Shown: piece by piece, positions 48,017 to 57,035 of the stretch
Layout: the number at the start of each line of letters is the position of its first letter
Numbering within the stretch: position 1 is the stretch's first letter
Origin: Fidelibacterota bacterium MT.SAG.3
GTDB taxonomy: Bacteria > Fidelibacterota > SORT01
Length of the DNA: 64,000 nt
NCBI GenBank assembly: GCA_004402895.1
Contig: SORT01000006.1
Coordinates: 3,995 to 67,994, forward strand
Direction of reading: 5' to 3'
Program-made: the position numbers and the translations under genes
Notes under the pieces: model-generated
What the model saw: only the letters and a program-made list of their open reading frames with translations
Databases searched by the model: none
What the model was told of the DNA's origin: nothing

Positions 48017-49063
48017 GTGGTAAAAGTAAACTTGCTAAAAAAAGGCGGAAACGCGGAGGAAACCCTTCCCCCGGTAGAGGAGATAACTGTAGAAACTCCT
48101 AAACCGGAGAAAAAGGAAAAATCCAATAAGAGTGGTAATAAGGGTGGAGCTCTTAAAATAATATTGATTTTATTGGTGGTTGGAGCCATTGGAGGCTCGG
48201 GATATTTAGCATACTTGCAAGGATGGTTTTCGGGGGGCAGCGACTCAACTACTGTGGACACTATGGTCATAGCTGACGAAACTCCTATGGATAGCCCGGA
48301 GGAGCCCAAAGTCATTGAAAAACCTGCTACAAAGCCGACAACAAGAAAACTATCGACTATCGATAAGAAACCTGAACAGAGCCGAAGCACGGAAAAGTCG
48401 AATAGACCTGTAAAGAAATCTCCGGATAAAACTGTTCTAAAAAAGGGAAGCGAATTATCCCAGGTAACCGAGGGAAGAATCCTTCTTGATGTCTTCAACT
48501 CCATTATTTCATCAGTTAACGAAAGCATGAGTAATATGAAGCTAACCGTTTCAAGTAGTAGAGTCACTCTTGCCTTGGGGATGAATACTCGGGAGGATGC
48601 TGCTCTGCTTCTTAGAAATATTCGGCAAAAGTGGCCAACGAGCAATCTAAGAGCCGTAAGGTTTGAAAGCCCCAAATCTGCTGTCGGATATGCATTTGCG
48701 ACCCAATTTAGCGGATCGGTTCAATTCAAAGGAATAGTTCCGAAATCGGGTGATAAGAAAAGAAGTATGTTGAAAGCTGAACTGTTTAAAAACAGACTGA
48801 CCACGCTTACAGCCTCGCACGGATTAAAATTGATCAAATTCAAAACAAGCTCTGCTGTTCAGATGAGAGGAGGATCATCTATCCCGATAACGATCACCGC
48901 TTCCGGTTCAAATGAATCTATAAGCAAGTTTATCGATTCTCTTGCAAAACTTGATGTAGCTTACGGATTGTCCAGAGCATCCATCCAAAGTAACGACTCT
49001 GCCACATCGACGATTTCATTATATCTTCATCTCGTCAGATCCAACAATAAGGCTTTATCCTGA
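48017..49063 (+). CDS. possible PilN-like bitopic protein with extended low-complexity linker
   Basis: MVKVNLLKKG (an INLL-type PilN N-terminus), single TM (LKIILILLVVGAIGG), P/T/K/S-rich linker, C-terminal globular part. Confidence 0.3.
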   Translation: MVKVNLLKKGGNAEETLPPVEEITVETPKPEKKEKSNKSGNKGGALKIILILLVVGAIGGSGYLAYLQGWFSGGSDSTTVDTMVIADETPMDSPEEPKVIEKPATKPTTRKLSTIDKKPEQSRSTEKSNRPVKKSPDKTVLKKGSELSQVTEGRILLDVFNSIISSVNESMSNMKLTVSSSRVTLALGMNTREDAALLLRNIRQKWPTSNLRAVRFESPKSAVGYAFATQFSGSVQFKGIVPKSGDKKRSMLKAELFKNRLTTLTASHGLKLIKFKTSSAVQMRGGSSIPITITASGSNESISKFIDSLAKLDVAYGLSRASIQSNDSATSTISLYLHLVRSNNKALS

Positions 49064-49066
49064 AAC

Positions 49067-49600
49067 ATGGTGAGGATAATATCCGGTAGCCATCGTGGTC
49101 TGCGGCTCTCTAGTTTTCCCGGGAATGATCTGCGTCCTACGGCTGACAGAACGAAGGAATGGATTTTCAGCGTGATGACCAACATGGAAGGAGCTAAAAT
49201 TCTTGATCTCTTCGCTGGAACGGGAAATCTTGGTATCGAGGCATTAAGCAGGGGGGCAGCGAGTGTCACATATGTTGAACATTCTGCCAAAACTGTTGAA
49301 CTGATTAGGACGAATGTTGATAAGATACGTGCCGCTGATAAGGTGAAGATCATTCGTAACGATTGTATTGATCAGCTTAACGCATGGGATTCAGAACGGT
49401 GGGACATAATATTGGCTGACCCGCCATATAAATATGAGAGGATATCTGAGCTGGTATCCGCAGCAACTGACTCATTAGAGGAAAACGGCTCGTTCATTTT
49501 GGAAGCATCTTCAAAGATGAAAGAGAACTTTCCTTTAGAACCAAGCCGTGTAAAAAAAATGGGTAGAACCACGGTTTACATATTCGAGGAAAACAGATGA
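49067..49600 (+). CDS. rsmD: 16S rRNA (guanine966-N2)-methyltransferase RsmD
   Basis: LRPTADRTKE, DLFAGTGNLGIEALSRGA, ILADPPY. Confidence 0.85.
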   Translation: MVRIISGSHRGLRLSSFPGNDLRPTADRTKEWIFSVMTNMEGAKILDLFAGTGNLGIEALSRGAASVTYVEHSAKTVELIRTNVDKIRAADKVKIIRNDCIDQLNAWDSERWDIILADPPYKYERISELVSAATDSLEENGSFILEASSKMKENFPLEPSRVKKMGRTTVYIFEENR

Positions 49601-50076
49601 AAATAGCTGTATATCCGGGAACGTTTGATCCGATAACCAACGGTCATGTTGATATAATTAAGAGAAGTGCTAAACTATTTGACAAGATCATCGTTACCGT
49701 AGCGGTAAACACCCAAAAAATACCTTTGTTCAATCTGACTGAACGGGCAGAGATGATTCACCAGGTGCTGAAAAATGAAGAACGAATAGAGGTTGACCAA
49801 TTTGATGGCTTGATAGCGGAATATCTAAAACGAGTAAATGCGTCTGCCATGATCAGAGGTTTGAGAGCGGTATCTGACTTCGAGTACGAATTTCAAATGT
49901 CATTGATGAACAGAAAACTAAATCCGGATGTCGAAACCGTTTTCTTAACACCGGCTCAGGAATACATTCATCTAAACTCGACAATAGTGAAAGAGGTAGC
50001 GAGTTTTGGCGGTGATGTAAGCGAATATGTGCCCGATTATGTCAAGGCTAAGTTACAAGAAAAATTTAAGAAATAA
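49597..50076 (+). CDS. coaD: pantetheine-phosphate adenylyltransferase
   Basis: AVYPGTFDPITNGHVDII, RGLRAVSDFEYE, SSTIVKEV. Confidence 0.95.
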   Translation: MKIAVYPGTFDPITNGHVDIIKRSAKLFDKIIVTVAVNTQKIPLFNLTERAEMIHQVLKNEERIEVDQFDGLIAEYLKRVNASAMIRGLRAVSDFEYEFQMSLMNRKLNPDVETVFLTPAQEYIHLNSTIVKEVASFGGDVSEYVPDYVKAKLQEKFKK

Positions 50077-50082
50077 GTTTGA

Positions 50083-51102
50083 ATGCTTTACACAAATAAA
50101 ATACTTGAACGGGCAAAAAAGGTCAGTTCCCATGTGGTATTTCCCGAAGGGGAAGATCTTCGGACGATCAGCGCTGCATCTCGATTGACCGAACAGGCCA
50201 TTGCTAAAGTTACATTGTTAGGAGACAGTGAAAAGATACAAAATTCTGCGTTGAAAGATGGTTTCAACTTAAAGAATGTTTCTATCATCGATCCTATTTC
50301 CTCCGAATACAATAATGAATTTGCTGAATTAGCCTTTAATCGCCTCATGAAAAAAGGAGTGAGCAACGAAGAAGCACAAGAGCTGAGCAAAAATTCCTTA
50401 AATTTCGGCGCATTGATGGTTTTATCAGGAAAAGCCGATTCCTGTGTTGCCGGAGCAGTGAACAGAAGCGCTGATGTGGTGAGAGCCGCTCTACGATTCA
50501 TCGGTTTAAAAGAAAACAGACGAACTCTTTCAAGTACTTTCCTCATGATATCTCCGAGGGAAGATAAAGTATATACATTCGGAGACTGCGGCGTGATTCC
50601 TGATCCGACCGCAGAACAATTGGCGGAGATAGCAGTGGAATCAGCCGACTCGCACTCACTGCTCACGGGTGAAGAGGCAAAGATTGCGTTTCTATCCTAT
50701 TCAACTAAGGGGAGCGCCGACCATGAGCGGGTCAGTAAAATTAAAGATGCTTTAGAGATCGCGAAAAAACTAAGACCTGATCTGGAGATGGATGGCGAAT
50801 TACAGTTCGATGCGGCTGTTGATGCAACGATCGGCGCAAGTAAAGCAAAGGACAGTGGGGTAGCCGGAAAGACAAGTGTACTGATATTCCCTGACCTCGA
50901 TAGCGGAAATATCGGATACAAGATCGCTCAACAGCTCGGAGGGTACACAGCATTAGGCCCCCTGCTTCAAGGTCTGAAGTCACCTATGCACGACCTCTCC
51001 AGAGGGTGTTCAACAGATGTTATAGTTTTAGTGGCGGCGATTGCCGCGCTTCAATCAGTGAATAACAGTGAAATAAAGAAGGAAATTTATGCCGACGTAT
51101 GA
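50083..51102 (+). CDS. pta: phosphate acetyltransferase (short form)
   Basis: FPEGEDLRTI, FGDCGVIPDPTAEQLAEIA, LSYSTKGSA, DGELQFDAA, IFPDLDSGNIGYKIAQ, DLSRGCS. Confidence 0.85.
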   Translation: MLYTNKILERAKKVSSHVVFPEGEDLRTISAASRLTEQAIAKVTLLGDSEKIQNSALKDGFNLKNVSIIDPISSEYNNEFAELAFNRLMKKGVSNEEAQELSKNSLNFGALMVLSGKADSCVAGAVNRSADVVRAALRFIGLKENRRTLSSTFLMISPREDKVYTFGDCGVIPDPTAEQLAEIAVESADSHSLLTGEEAKIAFLSYSTKGSADHERVSKIKDALEIAKKLRPDLEMDGELQFDAAVDATIGASKAKDSGVAGKTSVLIFPDLDSGNIGYKIAQQLGGYTALGPLLQGLKSPMHDLSRGCSTDVIVLVAAIAALQSVNNSEIKKEIYADV

Positions 51103-51388
51103 TTATAAATGCTCCAATTGTGGAGAGATTTACGAACTTTTTCAATCGATGAACGACAAACCGAAGAAAAAGTGCAAATCCTGTGGGAAGAACACCGCCG
51201 TTAGACTAATTGGTGGCGGCTCAGGACTTATATTCAAGGGTTCAGGTTTCTATATAACCGACTATAAAAACAAAAAACCAATTGAATCAAAGTCCGATAA
51301 GAAGGAAACGAAGAAAACAGATAAAGTTTCAACCGGGAAGGAGACTGCAAAAAGCAACTCCACCGCAAAGAGCGCTTCCGGGGACTAA
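51089..51388 (+). CDS. FmdB-family zinc-ribbon protein
   Basis: MPTYDYKCSNCGEIYELFQSM...CKSCGK, then a Lys/Ser-rich tail. 14-nt overlap with pta. Confidence 0.8.
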   Translation: MPTYDYKCSNCGEIYELFQSMNDKPKKKCKSCGKNTAVRLIGGGSGLIFKGSGFYITDYKNKKPIESKSDKKETKKTDKVSTGKETAKSNSTAKSASGD

Positions 51389-51434
51389 AAACTGATTCAT
51401 CGATCTAATTTGATAAGAATATAAAGGAAAATAA

Positions 51435-52676
51435 TTGCCGTACGATAAAATAAATCAGCCTGAAACGGGTAAAAAGATAACGTTCGAAAACAGTAAAATC
51501 CAGGTTCCGTCAAATCCGATCATTCCATTTATTGAGGGTGATGGAATCGGTCCTGATATCTGGAAAGCAACAAAATATGTGATAGACGCAGCCGTAGAAA
51601 AAGCGTACGCTTCCGAAAAGAAAATAGAGTGGATGGAGATCTATGCCGGTGAAAAGGCTAACGATCTTTATGGCGAATACCTGCCGGATGAGACAATTAA
51701 TGCGATAAGAGATCATATAGTGGCTATCAAGGGACCGCTCACAACTCCTATTGGCGGGGGGTTCAGGAGTCTGAACGTAACGCTGCGCCGGGTGATGGAT
51801 CTGTACGCATGTATCAGACCTGTAAAATATTACAAGGGTGTTCCGAGTCCTGTCAAGAACCCTGAGAAGATGAACATTGTCATATTCAGAGAGAACACGG
51901 AGGATGTTTACTCGGGAATAGAATGGCAAGAAGGAAGCGATGAAGCCGCTGCGATAATAAAATATGTTAAAGAAAAATTCGGAAAAGAGATCAGATCCGA
52001 CTCAGGCATCGGTTTGAAACCTATAAGCATTTTCGGAACAAAACGTCTTGTCAAAAAAGCTATTGAATATGCGATTGCCAAAGGGAGAAAGACGCTCACT
52101 TTTGTGCACAAAGGAAATATAATGAAGTACACCGAAGGAGCATTTAGAGATTGGGGATATGAGCTGGTAGCCGAAGAATTCGGAAACGAAACTTTGACAG
52201 AGCAGGCTCTTTGGGATGAACATGACGGAAATCTCCCCGATGGCAAGATCCTCGTAAACGACAGGATTGCGGACAGTATGTTCCAGCAGATATTGACTCG
52301 TACGGAAGATTACGAAGTTGCGGCTATGCCGAACCTAAATGGCGATTACCTTTCAGATGCGTGCGCCGCTCAGGTCGGCGGGCTTGGAATGGCGCCGGGA
52401 GCGAATATCGGCGACGAGATAGGTCTGTTTGAAGCCACACACGGCACAGCGCCGAAGTACGCGAATAAAAATATGGTCAACCCCGGTTCGCTTATTCTGT
52501 CGGGAGTGCTGATGCTGAATTACCTTGAATGGACTGAGGCGGGAGAAATGATAGAATCCGCGCTTGAGAAAACCATTTTACAGAAACGCGTCACGTATGA
52601 CCTCGAAAGGCAAATGGAAGGCGCTGTTAAATTAGGAACATTCGAGTTCGCCGAAGCGATAACCGATAACCTCTAA
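51435..52676 (+). CDS. icd: NADP-dependent isocitrate dehydrogenase
   Basis: [58 protein letters not shown] start. Confidence 0.9.
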   Translation: MPYDKINQPETGKKITFENSKIQVPSNPIIPFIEGDGIGPDIWKATKYVIDAAVEKAYASEKKIEWMEIYAGEKANDLYGEYLPDETINAIRDHIVAIKGPLTTPIGGGFRSLNVTLRRVMDLYACIRPVKYYKGVPSPVKNPEKMNIVIFRENTEDVYSGIEWQEGSDEAAAIIKYVKEKFGKEIRSDSGIGLKPISIFGTKRLVKKAIEYAIAKGRKTLTFVHKGNIMKYTEGAFRDWGYELVAEEFGNETLTEQALWDEHDGNLPDGKILVNDRIADSMFQQILTRTEDYEVAAMPNLNGDYLSDACAAQVGGLGMAPGANIGDEIGLFEATHGTAPKYANKNMVNPGSLILSGVLMLNYLEWTEAGEMIESALEKTILQKRVTYDLERQMEGAVKLGTFEFAEAITDNL

Positions 52677-52688
52677 ACAGGATCTCTC

Positions 52689-53672
52689 ATGTTCGTAGAT
52701 TATGCCGTTATTAAAGTCAAAGCGGGTAACGGGGGCAACGGTATAATAAGTTTTCGGCGGGAGAAGCACGTTGCCAAAGGAGGTCCGAACGGCGGCGATG
52801 GCGGCGACGGCGGTGATATTATTGTCGAGGTCGATACAAATCTATCCACTCTGAAAGACATCAAGTACAGAAAAAGCTATAAGGCGGGGCGAGGAGGACA
52901 CGGTTCCGGTTCCAACAAAACAGGCAAAAACGGCGAGCCGGCTATTTTGAAAGTGCCTCCCGGTACGATAATAAGAGACAGGCTGACGAAAAAGATCATC
53001 GCCGATCTGACTAAAACAAACGAGCGGGTCGTGATAGCCGCCGGGGGAAAGGGGGGAAGAGGGAATGCGCGCTTCGTGACGGCTACTTTTCAGAATCCGA
53101 ACGAATCGGAATTAGGACGCAGGGGTGAAGAAATCGAATTCGAAATGGAGCTCAAACTCCTTGCTGACGTTGGATTGGTCGGCTATCCAAACGCGGGAAA
53201 ATCAACGCTCCTCTCTCGAATAAGCGCGGCACGGCCTAAGATTGCTGATTACCCGTTCACGACGCTTGAGCCTTACCTCGGGATCGTAAGCGTGGAAGAG
53301 TATAAGAGTTTTCTCGTTGCGGATATTCCCGGATTGATCGAAGGAGCTCACGAGGGAAAGGGACTCGGCGACAGGTTTCTGAAACATATCGAACGAACGA
53401 AAATGGTTTTATATATGATAGATTGCCTTGAGGAGGCGCCTGAGGATGCGTTTGATAAATTGAAATATGAACTCGCATCGTATTCGACCGATCTTTCCAA
53501 AAAACCGTTTATGATAGCGTTGAATAAGATAGACTCGTCGGCAGACAGAGAAGCCGTACGGAATTTGAAGATAGGAGATAAGCAGCCTTATGTCATCTCC
53601 GCTGTGACGGGCGAGGGTGTTAAAGAATTGATTTATGGGATATGGGATGAGCTCAAAAAACTTTCCGATTGA
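52689..53672 (+). CDS. obg: GTPase Obg/CgtA
   Basis: MFVDYAVIKVKAGNGGNG, glycine-rich Obg fold, G1 GYPNAGKST, G3 DIPGLIEGA, NKID. Confidence 0.95.
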   Translation: MFVDYAVIKVKAGNGGNGIISFRREKHVAKGGPNGGDGGDGGDIIVEVDTNLSTLKDIKYRKSYKAGRGGHGSGSNKTGKNGEPAILKVPPGTIIRDRLTKKIIADLTKTNERVVIAAGGKGGRGNARFVTATFQNPNESELGRRGEEIEFEMELKLLADVGLVGYPNAGKSTLLSRISAARPKIADYPFTTLEPYLGIVSVEEYKSFLVADIPGLIEGAHEGKGLGDRFLKHIERTKMVLYMIDCLEEAPEDAFDKLKYELASYSTDLSKKPFMIALNKIDSSADREAVRNLKIGDKQPYVISAVTGEGVKELIYGIWDELKKLSD

Positions 53673-53903
53673 AGACCTGTTAAGGCTCCACAATGCCCCA
53701 AACGTCGGTCCTACAAAGTTTATAGCGTTAGTTGAGATTCGGGTTCGCCGGCTGAAGTGTTCGGTAAAACAAGTAGCGAGCTCTCTAAATTCAAAGGGGT
53801 AACAACAGAACGGGCGGAAGCGATTCTCTCTACCAATTCAAAGGAATTTATCTCCAATCAATTAGAATCTGTGGAACGGAGCGGATGCAGTTTTATATTT
53901 TGA
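53647..53903 (+). pseudogene. dprA: dprA remnant (N-terminal ~85 codons, frameshifted, truncated)
   Basis: Frame 1: MSSKNFPIEDLLRLHNAPNVGPTKFIALVE. After a 1-nt shift near 53736: DSGSPAEVFGKTSSELSKFKGVTTERAEAILS...ERSGCSFIF, then TGA (53901-53903). The Rossmann-fold DprA core is absent. Confidence 0.7.
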
Positions 53904-54383
53904 AGGTGTGGTTCAAATAGGCAAACTATTGCCGGGTAATTATTTGATCTTTATGGAATTTACGGAGAGAAATCAAGCGCCTGTCAATTACTCGTTTGTC
54001 AATCCTCTTGAACTGATACTTGGAGTAATTGATGTTATAAATCTTATTGCACCCGGTAGATTTGTCAGTTAGCAGATTGAAATATTTAATTTATTCCCGA
54101 CTTTCACATGGACCACTACAGGGTGTAAAAATGCTCTGAGAGTGAGCGAATATGACCAATCAGAACATTTTTCTCCCGAAGACGCTTTGAATGCGGGAGC
54201 GGTATTACCTTTCCCTGATGACGGAGGATATTTTAATTTAGGGGAAACTACGTCATACACTTACATTGACGGTAAACCACTTGAGCAGAACAAGACATAT
54301 GTCTGGCAGGTGAAAAAACATGTAAAACCAGTAATGGTGATACTGATCACTTAAGTGATATATGGGGTTTTACTGTAAGGTGA
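53904..54383 (+). pseudogene. C-terminal remnant of a secreted repeat-domain protein (in-frame TAG plus frameshift)
   Basis: Single reading frame interrupted by TAG (54070-54072). ...PTFTWTT...KTYVWQVK, then an A6 run (54313-54318) where a frame change restores ...NGDTDHLSDIWGFTVR stop. Confidence 0.4.
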
Positions 54384-54495
54384 TAAATTCTCCTTAACCT
54401 CCTCCCATGTCGGGGTTATGAAATCTTGACTCGCACAAACGTGCAGATGTAAAAGTTTGCATCTTTTTGAAAACTTATTAGATTTACTCTCTAAT

Positions 54496-54581
54496 GGAGG
54501 GCTGGTCAGAACGGTAATGCGGCGGTCTTGAAAACCGCTGGGAGCAATCCCTTGGGGGTTCGAATCCCTCGCCCTCCGCCA
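54496..54581 (+). tRNA. tRNA-Ser (anticodon TGA), class II, CCA encoded
   Basis: Acceptor GGAGGGC/GCCCTCC. Anticodon stem GCGGT/ACCGC with loop CTTGAAA. Long variable arm. T arm GGGGG-TTCGAAT-CCCTC. D stem has only G10-C25 and U11-G24 plus a C12.U23 mismatch. Confidence 0.75.
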
Positions 54582-54585
54582 AAAT

Positions 54586-54618
54586 AAACCCACTGTAAGT
54601 GTTGATAACAGTGGGTTT
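54586..54618 (+). terminator. hairpin downstream of tRNA-Ser
   Basis: AAACCCACTGT-loop-ACAGTGGGTTT, an 11-bp stem followed by a T-rich stretch. Confidence 0.4.
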
Positions 54619-54706
54619 CATTGTTTCATTATGTGAAGATATTCACGGTTTCGTCGTACGCTATATGTTTACCATTAGTTCACCATATGGTCTCCTTTAG
54701 TCTGGT

Positions 54707-55297
54707 TTGGTCTCCATTTTGGCAGCTATATGGCAGCACTTTTTGGTGAATATTTCTCGGCTATTCCGTCGAGGAGGCGGGAGAGATCCCTCTCATTCGT
54801 TCTGCGACAATAAGCATATGCGATTGCAAGTGACGTTCCCGGAACTTACGATGAGCGACTCAGATTCAGAGATAGCACTCAGCTTATTCCTGCACAATTC
54901 ATATGATATGTCAGAAGGAGTGCGAATGATGTGGGGTGCTATCCGGAGTATCTGTACTAATGGGATGGTATTTGGTAAGATATTATCGAGATACTACGCA
55001 AAGCATACGAAGGGTTTCCAAATCGCGAACCTTCAGACATCACTGACTGAGACATATGATCAAATCCCAGTAATTCAGGACAGAATCAAGTTTCTTGAAA
55101 CGGCTCCTGTCACGACTGAACTCAGGGATAGATTAGAAAGTGGAGTAGGCAAAAAGCTCTCAAAGAATGTGTTAGAGCAAAATCCAGCCACACAGTGGAT
55201 GCTCTATAACGGTCTTACGAACTTCATAAGTCATGTGATAGAACAAAGACACAGAGCGAGATATCAACAGGCAGTTTCAAAGGTATTTGAACTGTGA
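54707..55297 (+). pseudogene. DUF932-family (phage/plasmid-like) protein, N-terminally truncated
   Basis: LFLHNSYDMSEGVRMMWGAIRSICTNGMVFG matches the NSHDGS...R.VC.NG core of DUF932. The upstream part of the ORF looks unrelated, so about the first third of a normal protein is missing. Confidence 0.55.
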
Positions 55298-55419
55298 AGG
55301 ATATGATAATGAAAGTGGAACTCATAAGGTTACTTGCATCTGCTGTGAATTTTATGAAGGAACTACTCCGTGAAATACTCTGTGACAGGAGAGATGATAA
55401 CAATAATTAGTATTAAAGG

Positions 55420-55451
55420 GCTGGCAGTCGATGATTGTCAGCCTTTTTTTA
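55420..55451 (+). terminator. rho-independent terminator
   Basis: GGCTGGCA-loop-TGTCAGCC stem followed by TTTTTTT. Overlaps the artificial 5' end of ORF 55431. Confidence 0.55.
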
Positions 55452-55460
55452 GTTGGACTT

Positions 55461-55619
55461 GGTATTGAAGATCGTCAGATTTTACTTGCACACTCATCGA
55501 GTCAAATGACGAAAGTTTATACGCATCCGAATTTCGAATTGGCATTGGACTATGTAAATAAGCTTGCAAATCCTATCGTCCCTATATCACATAAAATGGT
55601 TATTGCCAAGATTAATTAA
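55461..55619 (+). pseudogene. tyrosine integrase C-terminal fragment
   Basis: GIEDRQILLAHSSSQMTKVYTHPNFE corresponds to the LLGHSS..T..Y.H catalytic-Tyr box of phage-type integrases. Everything upstream is missing. Confidence 0.6.
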
Positions 55620-55830
55620 AAAGAGTATATTAAGCGCTGCCCGACGAAAAAGATTAATCTTAAACAAAAGTGAATACTATATGGAAACAGATCCAAATGC
55701 GGATTTCAGCATTATTAATGAAGTATCTAGAATAATGCTTTTTCTTGAATTATTATGTGGACCAACGATATCAAAGTTAATTCGAAATATAAAACTTCCG
55801 ATTCATCAAAGTTAATTAAGTGGCAAATCT

Positions 55831-56535
55831 TTGAATTCCATAAAAGAAATATTCGAATTTTCGTTACCTAATTTAGGCACATTTGAACTTATAATAAGCT
55901 TGATTGATGTATTAATTTGGCCAGTAGTAGTCCTGATAGTGTTAGCGCGATATAAAAATTATTTATTACCCCTTCTCAAGAATATTAAGAAGGCTCAATT
56001 TTTTGGACAAGAAGTCGAATATTACCGTGATAAGGAATTACAGCAAAGAACTTCTACTATACAATTAGTTGAAGTTGATTCACATCCTCCTACAACACCT
56101 GATGCAGAATCAGAAGAAGTAAGAGAAGGAATTGTGGGAGAGGATGAAGAAGCTAAGGGTGATATAATTATTACTCAAGCCCACGCTACTATGTTTCTTG
56201 GAACTCTATCCGATATCGGCAAAATGTTTTTTTATTATTGCTTCAAGGCGTTCAAAACACAAAAACCTATCAAAATTGAGGATTTTTTAAACATTTATAA
56301 GAGCCCCCAAAGATATGCTGATCCATATTTGTATGGCTTGATGATTGCAGCAAGTGCAGCCGATTTTATTAATTTCAAACAAAGTGATGACATATTTAAC
56401 ATAATTGCGTTCAACGAGGAAGCAGAATCCCAGATGGGTTACATTATGGAATATCTCATTGATAAACACACTAAGGATGGTGAGGGCTCCAAAACTAAAC
56501 AAATAATAAAAGAAATTGATGAACATTTTGAATGA
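55831..56535 (+). CDS. hypothetical protein (N-terminal TM, acidic linker, unknown C-terminal domain)
   Basis: 234-aa ORF in AT-rich DNA. TM LIISLIDVLIWPVVVLIVLA. No motif recognised. TTG start. Confidence 0.5.
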   Translation: MNSIKEIFEFSLPNLGTFELIISLIDVLIWPVVVLIVLARYKNYLLPLLKNIKKAQFFGQEVEYYRDKELQQRTSTIQLVEVDSHPPTTPDAESEEVREGIVGEDEEAKGDIIITQAHATMFLGTLSDIGKMFFYYCFKAFKTQKPIKIEDFLNIYKSPQRYADPYLYGLMIAASAADFINFKQSDDIFNIIAFNEEAESQMGYIMEYLIDKHTKDGEGSKTKQIIKEIDEHFE

Positions 56536-57035
56536 TATCTCGAGCGCTCTTCGACTTTTGAACATAAAATCTTTAGGGTGGCGAAAATGAGCCAACCTAA
56601 ACGTCACAAAACAACATCAAACAACACGAAACGACACTAATCATCAATTAGAAAAATCCTTGATAAATGGAAGTAAATCAAGGATTTTGGTTCTATTGTT
56701 TTTGTGGCGGGGGTAGGATTTCCCACATTCAGCGGAACCAATCCCGCCATAGGCGGGGTTTCAAAGGAACTCCTTTAGGGAACCTACTCCATTTGAAGCT
56801 TGAAAAAAAAATAAATTATAATATATTTAGCAAATTTCATAAATAACACATGTAATAAGTGCGAACCAGAATCATATTTGAATATTGTTAGATATAAATT
56901 ACGCTAAGTCGAAATATAAGATGGCTACTGTTTCATAGAATTTTTAATTGATAAAATTATTCAGAAAAAGTAACCAAATATTAGATTGATAATATAGTAG
57001 AATTAATTGATGGAACATCATTAATAGGAGTCAAG

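Noticed and set aside
47986-48675. A 229-aa minus-strand ORF. There are similar long antisense ORFs at 35196-35738, 50088-50666, 8715-9176, 9588-10040, 14058-14501 and 62784-63179.
   Set aside because: Each lies entirely opposite a + strand gene with strong family motifs. Their translations are low-complexity, Ser/Pro/Arg-rich and motif-free, so they are shadow ORFs.
54351-54593. An 80-aa minus-strand ORF (MGLFWRRARDSNPQG...).
   Set aside because: It is the reverse-complement reading of tRNA-Ser, and the RARDSNP-type peptide is a classic tRNA shadow. It is not a gene.
55564-55815. An 83-aa ORF in the island spacer.
   Set aside because: It overlaps the integrase fragment's end, has no RBS or recognisable motif, and lies in very AT-rich sequence where random ORFs are frequent. 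It is left unannotated.
56770-56779. A 10-mer (AGGAGTTCCT or its complement) shared with the mosaic repeat at 10539-10548, considered as evidence that the island spacer carries the same repeat family.
   Set aside because: A single 10-mer match is expected by chance at this window size, and no flanking module similarity supports it.
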